Origin: Eledone cirrhosa
Taxonomy: Eukaryota
Direction of reading: 5' to 3'
Assembly: GCA_964016885.1 (NCBI GenBank)
Contig: OZ024762.1
Location: forward strand, 23,250,001-23,314,000
Length of the DNA: 64,000 bases
In this document: in pieces, positions 31,961-45,641 of the stretch
Layout: every line of letters starts with the position of its first letter
Numbering within the stretch: the first letter of the stretch is position 1
Translations under genes and position numbers: made by a program
Notes under the pieces: model-generated
Told to the model about the DNA's origin: nothing
What the model saw: the letters and a program-made list of their open reading frames with translations, nothing else
The model's database searches: none

Positions 31961-32158
31961 GGTAGGTTATAGAAGTATTCAGAAGTGTTAGGATTGATGA
32001 TTTTTAGACAGTTTGTGTCAGTCATATTAATGCGGGTACTAGGAGTAATGGTAGGATCTAGGTTTTTTGGGGCTTTATTGCTGGCATTAAATTTTAGGTG
32101 TTTCTTTTGGTGTTTGTTGTTTATGTTTGGTTTGTATGTTGGAGGTACTTATGGTGTT

Positions 32159-32272
32159 TCTGAGTTCAAATCCCGCCGAGGTTGACTTTGCCTTTCATCC
32201 TTACGGGGTCGATAAAATAAAGTACCAGTAATGCACTGGGTGATTGCTGGCCTTGTGCCTAAAGTAGAAACG
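32159..32272 (+). mobile_element. 5'-truncated family S SINE flanked by a 73-bp direct repeat
   Basis: 32086-32158 equals 32273-32345 with one mismatch. Confidence 0.88.
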
Positions 32273-32399
32273 ATTAAATTTTAGGTGTTTCTTTTGGTGT
32301 TTGTTGTTTATGTTTGGTTTGTATGTTGGAGGTATTTATGGTGTTAGGTATGTAAAATATTGTATCCCTGTAGCCACTTCTAGCTAAGGCCTCATTATA

Positions 32400-32581
32400 A
32401 TTGCTTCTACGTTAGGCACAAGGCCAGCAATTACCCAGTGCATTACTGGTACTTTATTTTATCGACCCCGTAAGGAAGAAAGGCAAAGTTAACCTCGGCG
32501 GGATTTGAACTCAGAATGGCAAGGGCCGTAACTCTATACGTCAAAGCATGGCGTCCGACCCTCTCCCAATACTGCCAATCC
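32400..32581 (-). mobile_element. Family S SINE, 13-bp TSD
   Basis: TSD gcctcattataat at 32389-32401 and 32592-32604. Confidence 0.88.
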
Positions 32582-33682
32582 AAGGCCCAAAGCCTCATTA
32601 TAATAAGGTTCATCATTAGATGATAATTTAGATAATCTGAGTGAGATATTGTACACTAGATTTTTAGTATGGAACCAGGGTGCTTAGATTGTGAGTGTAT
32701 ATAATGCAGGTTTTGGTTTGGTTTATGGTAGGGTTGGTAAATGCCTATTGATAAATCTAAAGTGATGTCGAGGAAATTGACCACTTTAGTGCTATTTTCA
32801 AAAGTAATGCTAAGATTATAGTAATCTTTGAGGAATTTCCTAATTTGTTTTTTATTTCTCTCAATTGCTGAGAGACTAAAATTGTTAGATAGAAGAAGAC
32901 AGTCATCGCGATATAGACCACCTTTGAGGTGGGGAAAAGAGGAATTTAAATTATATACAAGAAAGAAGCCCACAAGGTCCGTAACCTGGGAGGAATCCAT
33001 CGACCCCATAGTGATATCGTATAAATCACTATATGTGTTTTTAGTCCAATACTCGTCTTGGAAGTCCATTAGTGTTTGTCTGGCATGATTGATGATGTTA
33101 ATGTCCTTCATAAGTCCGATCTATTTTTGGCGAAGATTAATGCTTTGTTCAGTAGTATGGGGGATATTGATGAATAATATGCATCGATGTCGAATTAGAG
33201 AAATGAAGATGAGGGCTTATTGTTGATGTCGGTGAACCAATTGATAACTTGGAAAGTGTTTTCCCACAACGGTAGTTTTACATGTTTCCTTAGTTGTGGG
33301 ATAACTTTATCAAGAATCTTCTTGCTAATTACTCCAATGTCCAACTTAGAGGAGTATATGAGCCTAATCGATGGGTTCATCTACTACTACCAGCTTAATG
33401 ATCTATATTGCCCCTTCCTAGTTTTACTATTGGTCAATCTCAACCTTGTTCTTAAAAGGTAACCTATTCATACATGTTTTTATATTCTTCAATAAACAAA
33501 ACTCATTATTTCTGAAGACGGCGGGTAGGGAAGACGTATGTATATTTTCTTACTTTGATAATTTGTAATATATCTTACATAAATCATTAATAGAATGAAC
33601 ATACGGAGAACTACCCCACAGAAACGATCGTAAAATAATTAATTACACGTATTTTGATTAATTTTATTGTTTTCACTATTTG

Positions 33683-33731
<49 letters not shown>

Positions 33732-33918
33732 CATGTGTATGTATATATGTGTGTGTGCATATACTTATGTATGCATGCACATGTGTACATACATATCTAT
33801 GCATATATTTCTCTCTCTATATATGTATATATTTTCATCTATATATATTTGTATTTATGAACAAACACATTCATACATATGTATATATGTATGTATGCAC
33901 GTATTAACGTGTGTGTGA

Positions 33919-34020
<102 letters not shown>

Positions 34021-34570
34021 TTATACGAGTGATGAATCTATGAATGATACACATCTAACACTACCGCGCACCAGGTTAGTAATTATGGTCTTAAGAAAGC
34101 ATTAATCTCTACCATGCTATAATTTATATATAGATATATATACATATTTACATGTTCATACATATATACACATATATACCTACACATATATATATACATA
34201 TATAGAATCACACACACACACACACACATCATATTTTCAGATATTTTGTGCAATTTAAAAAAAAATAAAAAATCTTTCGATAGGCGTCAAGAAATATGAA
34301 GATATAATTCCAGTTATTTAGAGTTATTAAGATATATTTTAAGAAGCTACAAATACTAACTGCACTTTACAATGATGGTCTTCTTTGTTAAAAATTTCAT
34401 ATTGATGTAGTGCTTTTTGCCATAAAGAATAGATTCTAATTAGAAGAGAAGGAAAAATAAAAACAAAATGGCCGTTTTAATAGTGTGAAGTGAAAACAAA
34501 TGGCGGAACATCAGTTAGCGAGTTTTCATCTTACACTTTCTTTCTCTCGTTTTTATTCGACATATTATTA

Positions 34571-34601
<31 letters not shown>

Positions 34602-35173
34602 CCATTATTATCATCATCATCATTATTATTATTATTGTTATTATCATTATGGCGGTTGACTTTATTTTTTTTTCATCTCAGATTCAATGGTGGACAATAT
34701 AATTTTAGAAATTTCATCAGACCTCACCGAGTACAAATTAGCTGAAATTATCCCGGAGAAAAAAAAAAAAAAATACAAATTTATTAAAAAAAAAAAAAAC
34801 CTCAAACAAGAGAAGACCAACAAAAACAAAAAAATGAAACAAACAAAAACTATCAAAAAATATTTTAAAAAATGAAAAAAAAAAAAGAATGAAAATCTAC
34901 ACAAGCAAGACAAAATATTAAAATCAACAGAAAAAAGACGACGACATAACGGTGAAATTAACAGCTACTGCTACTACTACTGCTGCTGCTGCTACTGCTG
35001 CTGCTGCTACTGCTCCACAACTGTGTTGCTGCAGCTATTTCTACTACCACAAATAAAATGCACAACAAATTGCGTATTAATCCATTTAGAGATTCCAGCT
35101 ATATCTTATATTTAAATAATGGCGGAATATATTCATGTCTATCAAACATATGTATACATACACAGGTATATAT

Positions 35174-35226
<53 letters not shown>

Positions 35227-35440
35227 AGCATTATATACACTGAGTGTGAGAGCGATTGGGAGTTAGCAATTTAGACTAATAAGACTATTGTTCACCTAAG
35301 TACTCGGGAAGTACTGGGAAAGTAGACTATGTATTGTAACGAGTTAGTGCCCGCGGCTGAGCTATTTACAACACAGACACACACACACGTGTATGTGTAT
35401 ATATGAATATATATATGTATATATATATATATATATATGT

Positions 35441-36470
35441 AAAAGGTAAACAGAAATAACAACACAATCGGTACAGTATATGGAAGGTATATATTAGCTT
35501 AACGCTTGATATAACAGGAAGAGGGTCTTAACGTTTCGGACGCTAGCCCTTCATCAGAAGAAAGAATGAGAAATAAAATAGATTGAGGGGACTAGCGGGA
35601 TGGAATTGGAAAAAATGTCTTTAGATAAAAATAACAGGTCCATTCATGTTGACATCTCTTGCAAAACTGTTGGTGCTGGCGTTTTGTGTATGATTTGTTT
35701 TTTAGAGAAGTGGATGATGGAGCACGTCTACCTGAAATGAAAAAAAAAAAAACGTGCGTAAGCGCGCGCGCACGTGCGTGCGTGCTATAGGTTCGTACGA
35801 ATCTAAGAAGACGTGTGTGTATATGTGAGTAAAAGAGTGTGTGTGCCTGGAAGTACGAAACTATGAGCAAAAGTATGTTAATATAAGGGTGGGTATCGGC
35901 ATGTATTAGTTGTAAGAGAAGCTGCTAATGATAAAGAGAAAGCGATAGGAATCTAGGAGTGTGATAATAGACGGGGTATTAGAGAAACTAGGAGGTGAGT
36001 TGAGTCCAAGAGGGAAATAGGACCCAAGGCGGTGAATCAGACTTTGGTCAGTCCTGATGCGCGAGGCCTGTGATCCATGACGTAAAAGGACACCCGGGAA
36101 GAATGACCAGGAGAAATGACGGGCGACAGGAGTATCCAACCGAGTCTGATGTCCCTCAAATGTTCGGCAAAATGGTCCGCGATACGGCGTCCCGTTTGTC
36201 CAATATATAAAGACCCGCAAAGGGAACACCGGAGGGCATAGACAACGTGGGTGGATGTGCAGGTGAAAGAATGGGGGATACGGAAAGATCCTTTAGGGCC
36301 TGTAAGAGTGGTGAGGGTGAAAATAAAGGGACAAGTGTTGCAGCGGGAACGGGAACAAGGATGAGAGCCGGGTGGTGTCATGGGAGAGGACGAAAAGGAA
36401 CTGCGAACCAGGAGGTCTTGGAGGTTGCGGGCGCGCTTAAAAACAGTAATGGGTGGGTTAAAAACTACAC
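35441..36470 (-). mobile_element. Penelope-like element 3' fragment (GIY-YIG with upstream Cys motif, Neptune-like) plus HHR
   Basis: PPITVFKRARNLQDLLVRS..PCSRSRCNTCPF..FTCTSTHVVYALRCSLCGSLYIGQTGRRIADHFAEHLRDI, then after a frameshift LGSYFPLGLN. It ends in (TA)n. Confidence 0.92.
35526..35561 (-). ncRNA. Minimal PLE-type hammerhead ribozyme
   Basis: Minus strand reads tctt-CTGATGA-a-gggc(tagc)gtcc-GAAA-cg-TT-aaga, with palindromic AACGTT as stem III. Confidence 0.82.
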
Positions 36471-36796
36471 AGACACGTATATATAAATACACAAACAGAA
36501 AATGCACTCAGAAGAATTGTTACCTAAGATGAAAGGTCAACTATAATTTTACTTCATAAGCCACCTTCTAACCTGCAATTTTGTGAATTAAGGTACGTAT
36601 GGTCATTTAATACACCAGATAGAAGAAGAACAGCTTCCTTGGTAAGATGTCGTGGTGGGCATTGTCGCAACAAAATAACAATAGACAGCAACAGCAAACT
36701 TTACGGAGATTAATACAAAACAAAAAAAAAAGAATTATTATTACTAGATATAAAGTATCAATAGACTTCTGACTGAATGATAAAGATCATATGCAT

Positions 36797-36845
<49 letters not shown>

Positions 36846-36848
<3 letters not shown>

Positions 36849-37060
36849 AACCAGTAAGACCCCGACAGCTGAGCTCAAGCCGTTTCGACGGCTAATTCTG
36901 GACTCATTCTGGACTAATTCTGTCCAGAATTAGCCGTCGAAACGGCTTGAGCTCAGCTGTCGGGGTCTTACTGGTTCCTATTACCCACTCTACTACCTCA
37001 AGTATTGAGTACTTTGGTGCGTTATGGTCCACCTGGTTCCTTACCACATTTCCTTCGTTA
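36846..37060. mobile_element. Fold-back mini-element, family A
   Basis: Perfect inverted arms, a templated junction insert and (TA)n flanks. Confidence 0.87.
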
Positions 37061-37075
37061 TATATATATATATAT

Positions 37076-37429
37076 ATTAGAAAATAGAATAGCTTTCACC
37101 GTATTCTTTGACTAAAGAAATTTTAGTCTGATAATGGGGTTTATAACCCTCAGATAAATGGAAAAAGATGAGTATTGACGTAGATGGGAGTCGACCTACA
37201 TCTTTGGTTACACCAACACATCAACCATCTCCTTCCATTCAAATTAGAAGCTACATTCTTAGCGAGTACAAATGACAAGTAAGTATGTTTTGAATCAGTG
37301 AGCATGTACATCAATACTCATCTTTTTCCATTTATCTGAGGGTTATAAACCCCATTAGTCAAAAATCGTTGAAAGCTATTCTATTTTCTAATTTCAAACC
37401 TGCTCACTGTTTCAAAACATATTTACCTG

Positions 37430-37432
<3 letters not shown>
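37076..37432. mobile_element. Fold-back element (unrelated family, no clear HHR)
   Basis: 37076-37178 is the inverted copy of about 37310-37392, with (TA)n flanks. Confidence 0.7.
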
Positions 37433-37486
<54 letters not shown>

Positions 37487-37817
37487 AGGGTGTTAAAGTT
37501 TGCTTGAAGCATTGTGAAATGTGTATATATCTATATAAATATAATTACGGTATGTACGCATTTCTTCTAAGTTTAATTTTACACCTAATTGTGTATGGTT
37601 GATGATATATTTAGTCAGTTTCTACATACTGTCGAAATGTTGGATAAATACTCGATCGGGGCCACCGCGAAGAGGCTACGTTCGGTTATTTGTCGGAGAT
37701 TTCTCCATAAGAGCCTTTCTTCTTATAGCTTGATCTAATTGATTTTTTATATGGTTACTTATGCTAATTAGAAGAAATAGTATATATTTTATCTGATGAT
37801 TCTAAAGACATGATTTA

Positions 37818-37870
<53 letters not shown>

Positions 37871-37873
<3 letters not shown>

Positions 37874-38147
37874 GGGTATAAGTATCGTAAGAGAGGAGGA
37901 AGAAGAGAGGTACAGAGAGGTGAGATACAGAATACTAAATGCCAATAGCCGAAGCTTGGTGTGCTCAATGCTTGGGTTAGCAGAGTTAAATATTAGAGGA
38001 AGTTAATACTTAGTGTATAGTTTAAGCAGAGCGGGAATAAGCAAATGAATGAATGAATGAGGGAGGGAGTTACAAGCCGTTAAAACAAGTTCTTTATATA
38101 GCTCTTACACGTGTTTCGCATTATACCCTGCATTATACCCGAAAAAA

Positions 38148-38150
<3 letters not shown>
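37871..38150 (-). mobile_element. Mini-element truncated inside an HHR
   Basis: Minus strand has GAAA-cacgtg-TA-agagc (38101-38117). An 11-bp duplication gcattataccc marks the truncation point. Confidence 0.55.
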
Positions 38151-38187
<37 letters not shown>

Positions 38188-38802
38188 TTGTGGTGGGGCT
38201 GATGACATCGTTAAAATGCAATGTGTCCTTGGTAGGATGGTTGAAGCCATATCGGCAATGTGAACAGAGGTTTTTGTGGTAGATGATCACAGCTTAAGGC
38301 GTCCTCGAAGACAATACGTCCGGGTTACAGATACAAGAAACTAATAATCTACTTACGCATGACATGTTTTTTTTTTTATTGTACTATACACACACACAAA
38401 AAAGTGTATGTATAGATAGTGGTATTGGCCCAGTGAAAAGCCTTTGCTCACTTAAGCTTCAAGCACAGGCATCGTTTGATATGTGACATTTGTTTGTGAT
38501 GCAGCCATAGCTGATTATAGGCAAGTCCCTAGCAGCAGGACTAATAAGCAACGTACCCGAGGATCATGCTTAAGTATAAGCGATGGCGTTACACGAAACG
38601 AGTTGCAGCTCTAATTATCATGTATGCATGTATATTTGTGTGTGTGAGTGAGTGTGTGGAATAATGCCTATACGAGGGAATATAAACATTTAGAGACTTG
38701 AAAGTCGTTTCTATCGTGTAAAATAATTACTGACGTTCTCAAAGAAAAATATTAAATATATACGCAATGTATAGTTTTCACATTTATCATTAATATATAT
38801 AA

Positions 38803-38848
<46 letters not shown>

Positions 38849-38944
38849 AAAAGAATGGAACGATATTTCATTTCTCACTAATATATATATATATATGTAA
38901 AAGAATGAAACGAAATTTTATTTCTCACCAATATATATATATAT

Positions 38945-39339
38945 GGAAAAGAATGAAACGAAATTTTATTTCTCACTCTTAGTGCGGCTGATACCTAAAT
39001 ATAAGTATGTAAAAGTACATACATATATGTGTACAGACGTAAGTTGTATGTATATATATATATACATACATGCACACATATATATATGTACGTATGGGTT
39101 TACCGAACATTTATTATAATGTTCAGTTTGTTTGTAAACAAACAGCCCGAATTACGCCGTATAGTGTTCGGCAACCATCGTCGCCCTTTTGTTCAACACT
39201 GACACAGGAGCGATGTACTAGTTTCAAGCTTATTAGCTATCGTCAGCATTGTATACCTTTCTGTCAGATGATTGAACGTTTGAAAGTATATACTTTCCTT
39301 ATGCATATTAAAGGCTGAGCAACCTAATTTGCATATCGA
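38945..39339 (-). mobile_element. Third retrozyme-family locus, with intact-core HHR at 39211-39251
   Basis: Minus strand reads caatg-CTGACGA-t-agct(aata)agct-t-GAAA-ctag-TA-catcg. Homologous to 6109-6764. Confidence 0.82.
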
Positions 39340-39344
39340 TGTCT

Positions 39345-39519
39345 ACGTATATATATACATAAATATATATACGTATACATAAATATATATACGTATATAT
39401 ATATATATACATACATATATATATATATGTATATATATGTACATATATATATATATACCTATATATATATATATGTATATATATGTACATATATATATAT
39501 ATACCTATATATATATACC

Positions 39520-39550
<31 letters not shown>

Positions 39551-39907
39551 ATATATACCTATATATATACCTATATACCTATATATACCTATATATATAT
39601 ATATACCTATATATATATATACCTATATATACCTATATATATATATACCTATATATATATACCTATATATATATATACCTATATATATATACCTATATAT
39701 ATATATACCTATATATACCTATATATATATACCTATATATATATATACCTATATATACCTATATATATATATACCTATATATACCTATATATATATATAT
39801 ATGTACATATATATATATATATGTACATATATATATATATATATGTACATATATATATATATATGTACATATATATATATATATATGTACATATATATAT
39901 ATATATA

Positions 39908-39949
<42 letters not shown>

Positions 39950-40010
39950 TATATATATATATATATACGTATATATATATACATATATATATATACATAT
40001 ATATATATAC

Positions 40011-40093
<83 letters not shown>

Positions 40094-40126
40094 CGTATAT
40101 ATATATACATACGTATATATATATAC

Positions 40127-40166
<40 letters not shown>

Positions 40167-40233
40167 GTACATATATATATATATATGTACATATATATAT
40201 ATATATGTACATATATATATATATATATATACG

Positions 40234-40268
<35 letters not shown>

Positions 40269-40375
40269 GTACATATATATATATATATGTACATATATAT
40301 ATATATATACGTATATATATATATATATACATATATATGTATATATATATATACATATATATGTATATATATATA
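39345..40375. repeat. (TA)n compound microsatellite with TACC/TGTAC interruptions
   Basis: Direct reading. Confidence 0.95.
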
Positions 40376-40715
40376 TGGCTCTGAACATTAATCCGTATAC
40401 ACTGAGGATGAAAAACTCAGAGCTGTATGGGAGCATCCCAAAAGTCAGCTCAAAAGTGACACAGAGAAGACTGAGGTTGCCTGGACATGCTCACCGACAT
40501 CCAGAGTTGACATTGTACTCAGTACTCCTTTGGGAGCCCCTACATGGACACACTAGAAGAGGAAGACCAAGGTTAACGTATGTTGATGCCCTAAGGACAG
40601 ACACTGGTCTGTTGGAGACGCAGGACATGGCAGCGATAATGAGGGACAGAGACCGCTGGAGAGAGTTCGTCCATGGATCTCGGGAATGTTACCCGCCTTA
40701 AATAGATAGATAGAT
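40375..40715 (+). mobile_element. RTE LINE 3' fragment, same family as 30-323
   Basis: Near-identical peptide [26 protein letters not shown], a (GATA)n tail and (TA)n flanks. Confidence 0.92.
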
Positions 40716-41297
40716 ATATGTATATATATATACGTATATATATAAATATATATACGTATATAAATAAATATATGTACGTATATATAAATACGTATATATA
40801 TAAATATATATACGTATATATACGTATATATATAAATATATATACGTATATATATAAATAAATATACCTATATATATAAATAAATATACCTATATATATA
40901 AATAAATATACCTATATATATACGTTTTTATATATATATGTACATATACATACATATATCATATATATATATATATACATATACATACATATATCATATA
41001 TATATATATATACATATACATACATATATCATATATAAATATATATATACATATACATACATATATCATATATAAATATATATATACATATACATACATA
41101 TATCATATATATATATACATATACATACATATATCATATATATATATATACATATACATACATATATCATATATATATATACATATATGTATTAGACAAA
41201 TATTGTATGTAACATTTTTCACGACTATGTTCGTATATATTAGACAATTACGTACACACACACATATACATACACCTTTACATATCTCCCTCTCTAT

Positions 41298-41334
<37 letters not shown>

Positions 41335-41490
41335 TCACCACTGACATAGATACACGCATCCTTACCATTATATCTACATCTGAGTACGACTAAATCTGTA
41401 ATAATTCTGTTATGTAGATTGCAGCAGTGATCGACTATGTTCATTCTATAACACATTCTTTTACGAAAACATACATTGAGAGTATCTATC

Positions 41491-41527
<37 letters not shown>

Positions 41528-41548
41528 ACACACTCATAAGTACGTATG

Positions 41549-41612
<64 letters not shown>

Positions 41613-41665
41613 CGTATATCTATATACACCCATACATACCAATTAATTCATGCATGTGTATATAT

Positions 41666-41698
<33 letters not shown>

Positions 41699-42510
41699 AA
41701 TAAACCATCATACATGCTAATACATATTTATCTATACATTAATTTAAGTATATACATTTATATATATTTATATATATATATATATATACACACACACATA
41801 TATATTTATATACATATATATATATATAGATATTTATATTTATATACACACACATATATTTATATATATATACACACATATATTTATTTATATACATATA
41901 TATATATATATTTATATTTATATACACACATATATATTTATATATATATATATACACACATATATTTATTTATATACATATATATAGATATTTATATTTA
42001 TATCTTTTACAAGAGACACACTTTGCAAACAAACTTCGATTTGAAACAAAATACCTCTAGGCGATTCTTTACCAAACGAACATTATCAACAGCAGCAACA
42101 ATAAAACAAACTTATATGTAAATAAAATGAAAAATAAAAACAACACCCACTCAAAACATTTCTATCTTTTGATCAGAAGCATTTGAAATCTCATGACAAA
42201 CTTTTTACCGAAATATATCTGAGATATCATTAATTATTCCTGATTCCTTCCTATAATCCCACACACCATAATGTTGAGGAATCGGTAATTGTAATGGCGG
42301 TCATTAACAAGATTACTTTCATGGATATGTCACATGAAGAAATCTTTACATTAGCAAGTGGATAATGGAAGTTGGGTATTTATTATTATTTTTTTTTCCT
42401 TAAATATTTACCTTTTCACACTCATGCTTTTTCACTGTATGCATAATGTATAGAGCAGTAGCTGAGCTAGTGTGACAATGTGATGAGGGGTAAACAATTA
42501 TATTATATGT

Positions 42511-42534
<24 letters not shown>

Positions 42535-42547
<13 letters not shown>

Positions 42548-42885
42548 GAATAGAGGAGAGAAAGGGAGGGAAAGAGGGATGGAAAGGGACATGGAAAGTG
42601 AGGAGGAAAGAGAGAGAGGGTAAGAAAGAGGGAAAGGGAGGGGGAAAATAGAGAGGGAAGGGGAGGGGGAACGGGAGGGGGAGGGCGGGGAAGGGAGAGG
42701 GGAAGGGAGGGAGGAATGGAGGGGGAAAAGAGAGAGGGAGAGAGGGAAATAGATGGGGAAAGAGAGGGAGAGAGGAGAGAGATGGGGGAGAGAGAGGGAT
42801 AGAGGAAAGAGATATGGGGAGAGAGAGGGAGAGAGGAGATTGGTCGGAGAGGGGGAGAGAGAGGGAAGAGAAAGAGAAAAAAGGG
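42535..42885. repeat. Polypurine GA/GGA-rich tract
   Basis: Direct reading. Confidence 0.9.
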
Positions 42886-43056
42886 GGATTTAAAGGATTG
42901 TTATAACGACAGCAATGTAATGAGAAAAAAATATTTATAATAGTAGAACACTGCTGGGTCATATCCATAGTAGTGGAGCACTCAATACACACTGAGCTGA
43001 TGATCCGAATAAGGTGAAACAATTGTTCTTGGTAATGGTGAACTAACTGTTGTGGA

Positions 43057-43113
<57 letters not shown>

Positions 43114-43318
43114 TTACTGCCTAATGAGGTCATAGCTGTTGAATACTGGCTATTACTAAAATATATATAGCAGCGAATATGAATAAACGAAGTTAATTTT
43201 ACCCTGTTAAGTTGCACTTCTTATTTTTACATTACTGCGGAGTAAACAAGCCAACCTACGCACACGTTGAGTGCTCCAGACTGCATACTTAGGTGTGGGT
43301 AAACAACCAACACATACT

Positions 43319-43358
<40 letters not shown>

Positions 43359-43360
<2 letters not shown>

Positions 43361-43598
43361 GTTATTCCGGGTTGAATGGGAGGTAACCACAGTAAGTAAG
43401 GTACTCAATACATTGCAGAGTATAAAAGTTTTAATATAGATGAGATTCTACAGGACTAGAACTGTTTCATTCTTTAGAAATCATCAGGAATCTGGGTATC
43501 AAAAAATAAATACCATATTTATTTTTTGATACCTAGATTCCTCTTGATTTCTAAAGAATGAAACAGTTCTAGTCCTGTAGAATCTCATCTATATTAAA

Positions 43599-43605
<7 letters not shown>
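43359..43605. mobile_element. Fold-back mini-element, family C, with HHRs on both strands (43443-43493 minus intact; 43535-43585 plus with core CTCTTGA)
   Basis: Inverted arms centred near 43514, with (TA)n flanks. Confidence 0.88.
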
Positions 43606-43630
<25 letters not shown>

Positions 43631-43632
43631 GA

Positions 43633-43912
43633 TTTTGAGTTTATGTTGGTTGTATACCAATACCTCAGTATGCAGCTGGAGCACTCAACGAAGTGCGCAG
43701 GTTGGATATGATTCCAGTTCTTCAGTGAAATAACAACCCAACCAGGAACTGGGCATATCAGACTATTGACAATATTATACACCTCAACAACATATGTACT
43801 TGTCTTTACCATACTAATTCAAACTGCCTGAAGAGGTCACAGCCAAAGATGGCTGTCACTGAAATATATATAGCAGTAATAAACGAAGCTAAATTTTAAT
43901 CATTTGACTTTT
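43633..43912 (+). mobile_element. Family E mini-element (about 280 bp) with minimal HHR at 43823-43877
   Basis: actgc-CTGAAGA-ggtc-acagcca(aaga)tggctgt-cact-GAAA-tatata-TA-gcagt. Same ends as 62428-62675. Confidence 0.85.
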
Positions 43913-43936
43913 TATATATATATATATATATATATA

Positions 43937-44216
43937 TAGTAGTGAAAGACTGAAGAATAATATGGTCGGCTGTACAAAAAGTGTTTATTTATAGTATGTT
44001 AATACTGTAAATAAAACCCTTTTTGTACAGTGGACCATGTTATTCTTCACTCTTTCACTACTATAATCCAAGAATCACCTGCATGAGAATTCTCGCAAAC
44101 TCGCCACCTAACTAAGGAAACCTCTTGTTTAGTCAACGCCGTACGTTAAAACTATCCATAGTACAGAGTACTCACAACCTCTAACTAGATTACCTAAAAC
44201 GACAACTTGTTATGCC
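43937..44216. mobile_element. Fold-back element (hairpin arms of about 62 bp, 43937-44063)
   Basis: Imperfect inverted repeat tagtagtgaaag..ctttcactacta, with (TA)n flanks. Confidence 0.65.
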
Positions 44217-44819
44217 ATATATATATATATATATATATAAGCAGAATAAATGAAGGAGAGGCAATGCATTTAAAACCAAATTTTACTTCTTACATTATGT
44301 TTCATCTATACAACAACGAATAAGTGTTCATACATATTTTTTTGTGCGTGTACGCATGCGTATATTTTGTTGTTACTGCCATTGGTATAGAATCTTCGGA
44401 GAAAAAAGAATTGTTAATACTGATTCTAATTAAAGATAGCCCAACCAATCAATCAATCCTGGATGAAGGTTTATTTAAAGTAGATGGAATATACATCAAA
44501 GTGCATAGCTTACGGAGGTGAAATCGGATGAGCCTAATTTGTAAATAAAAAATGGCGGTTTCAAAGGGGCGTAATAATCTAAGGGAGGTAACAATGTTGC
44601 ATTAAGAAAACATTTTTTGGAAAGGTGTTTAATAATTATCACATGCCTAGTTCATTGATGTTGGTATGGTAGATGTAATGTCGTGTGCTGTGGGCTATAG
44701 CTCGGTGCCAGTAAAGTTGTTAATTATAAGCAGTAGGGACTTAGCTACCTCTTATAGATTAGCCAGATTATCTAATAGGGATTTTATGGTTGAAGGAGGG
44801 GAGAAGAAAAAATAAGGTT

Positions 44820-45200
44820 GATAATAAAGGGTTACATTGCGTCAAATGTCCTGTTAGAGAAGGAGTAGGGGAGTCTATGTTAGCAGTTTATAACAGTTTC
44901 TGCTCTACTGTTAATAACTGTTTGATGTTTCTCTGTCTATTATACTCCATTGGGTTGTGTACCTAATGTCAGATTCTATTAGTTGTGTGGTATACTTTGC
45001 GGGAGAGGTTGAAAACGTGAGTTTTTTAAAATTCTTAAAAGAGTGGATGTGGTTTCTAAATCCTGTTTTGAATTCATTAGAAGTGACCCCTATGTAGAAT
45101 TTAGTACTATTGTCAGTAGTTACTGTGCACCTGTATATAACATTACTAATCAGGCACTGACCCTGAAGAGGACAGTTAAGGGTTCTACAATTGAAATTGT
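44820..45200 (-). mobile_element. Decayed PLE GIY-YIG fragment
   Basis: Minus strand encodes NCRTLNCPLQGQCLISNVIYRCTVTTDNSTKFYIGVTSNEFKTGFRNHIHSFKN, which is not in the ORF track. Confidence 0.8.
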
Positions 45201-45225
45201 TACTATGAGAGAATCATTACTACAA

Positions 45226-45641
45226 ATGGCAGTATCAGTAGAGGCTCAGATACCGTGATTTCTAGCATAGAGTTACGTCCCTTTACAGTCTGAGTACAAA
45301 TCCCGCCAAGGTTAATATTGCCTTTCATCTTTACGGGATCGATAAAATAAAGTAACAGTAATACACTGGGGTAGTTGCTGGCCTTGTGCCAAAAGTAGAA
45401 ACAATTATTATAATAATAATATTACAATATTAATTATAATATTAAGGGCGGTGGATTGGCAGCTGTCGGTAGAGGATCAGACGCCATGCTTACAGCATAG
45501 AGTTACGTCTCTTTACATTCTGAGTTCAAATCCCGCTAAGGTTAATTTTGTCTTTCATCCTTACGGGGTCGATAACATAAAGTACCAGTAATACGCTGAG
45601 GTATAATTGCTGGCCTTGTGCCAAAAGCAGAAACAATTATC
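45226..45641 (+). mobile_element. Two tandem family S SINE copies
   Basis: A and B boxes, core and (ATT)n tails at about 45226-45415 and 45447-45641. Confidence 0.87.

Larger units (their letters stand above)
29231..33600 (-). mobile_element. Decayed 5'-truncated Penelope-like retroelement (RT + GIY-YIG) with an inverted terminal-repeat copy at its 5' end
   Basis: RT motifs DITMGSMDS..GGLYRDD..VVNFLDITLDL..YQPYHKPN (32656-33111), linker LNKHFPPNH..VKFSYS (about 31150-31250), and CNC..CPLNGNC..IVYKC..YIGST..FKSR (30207-30745). 33376-33592 is the reverse complement of 29321-29537. Confidence 0.92.
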
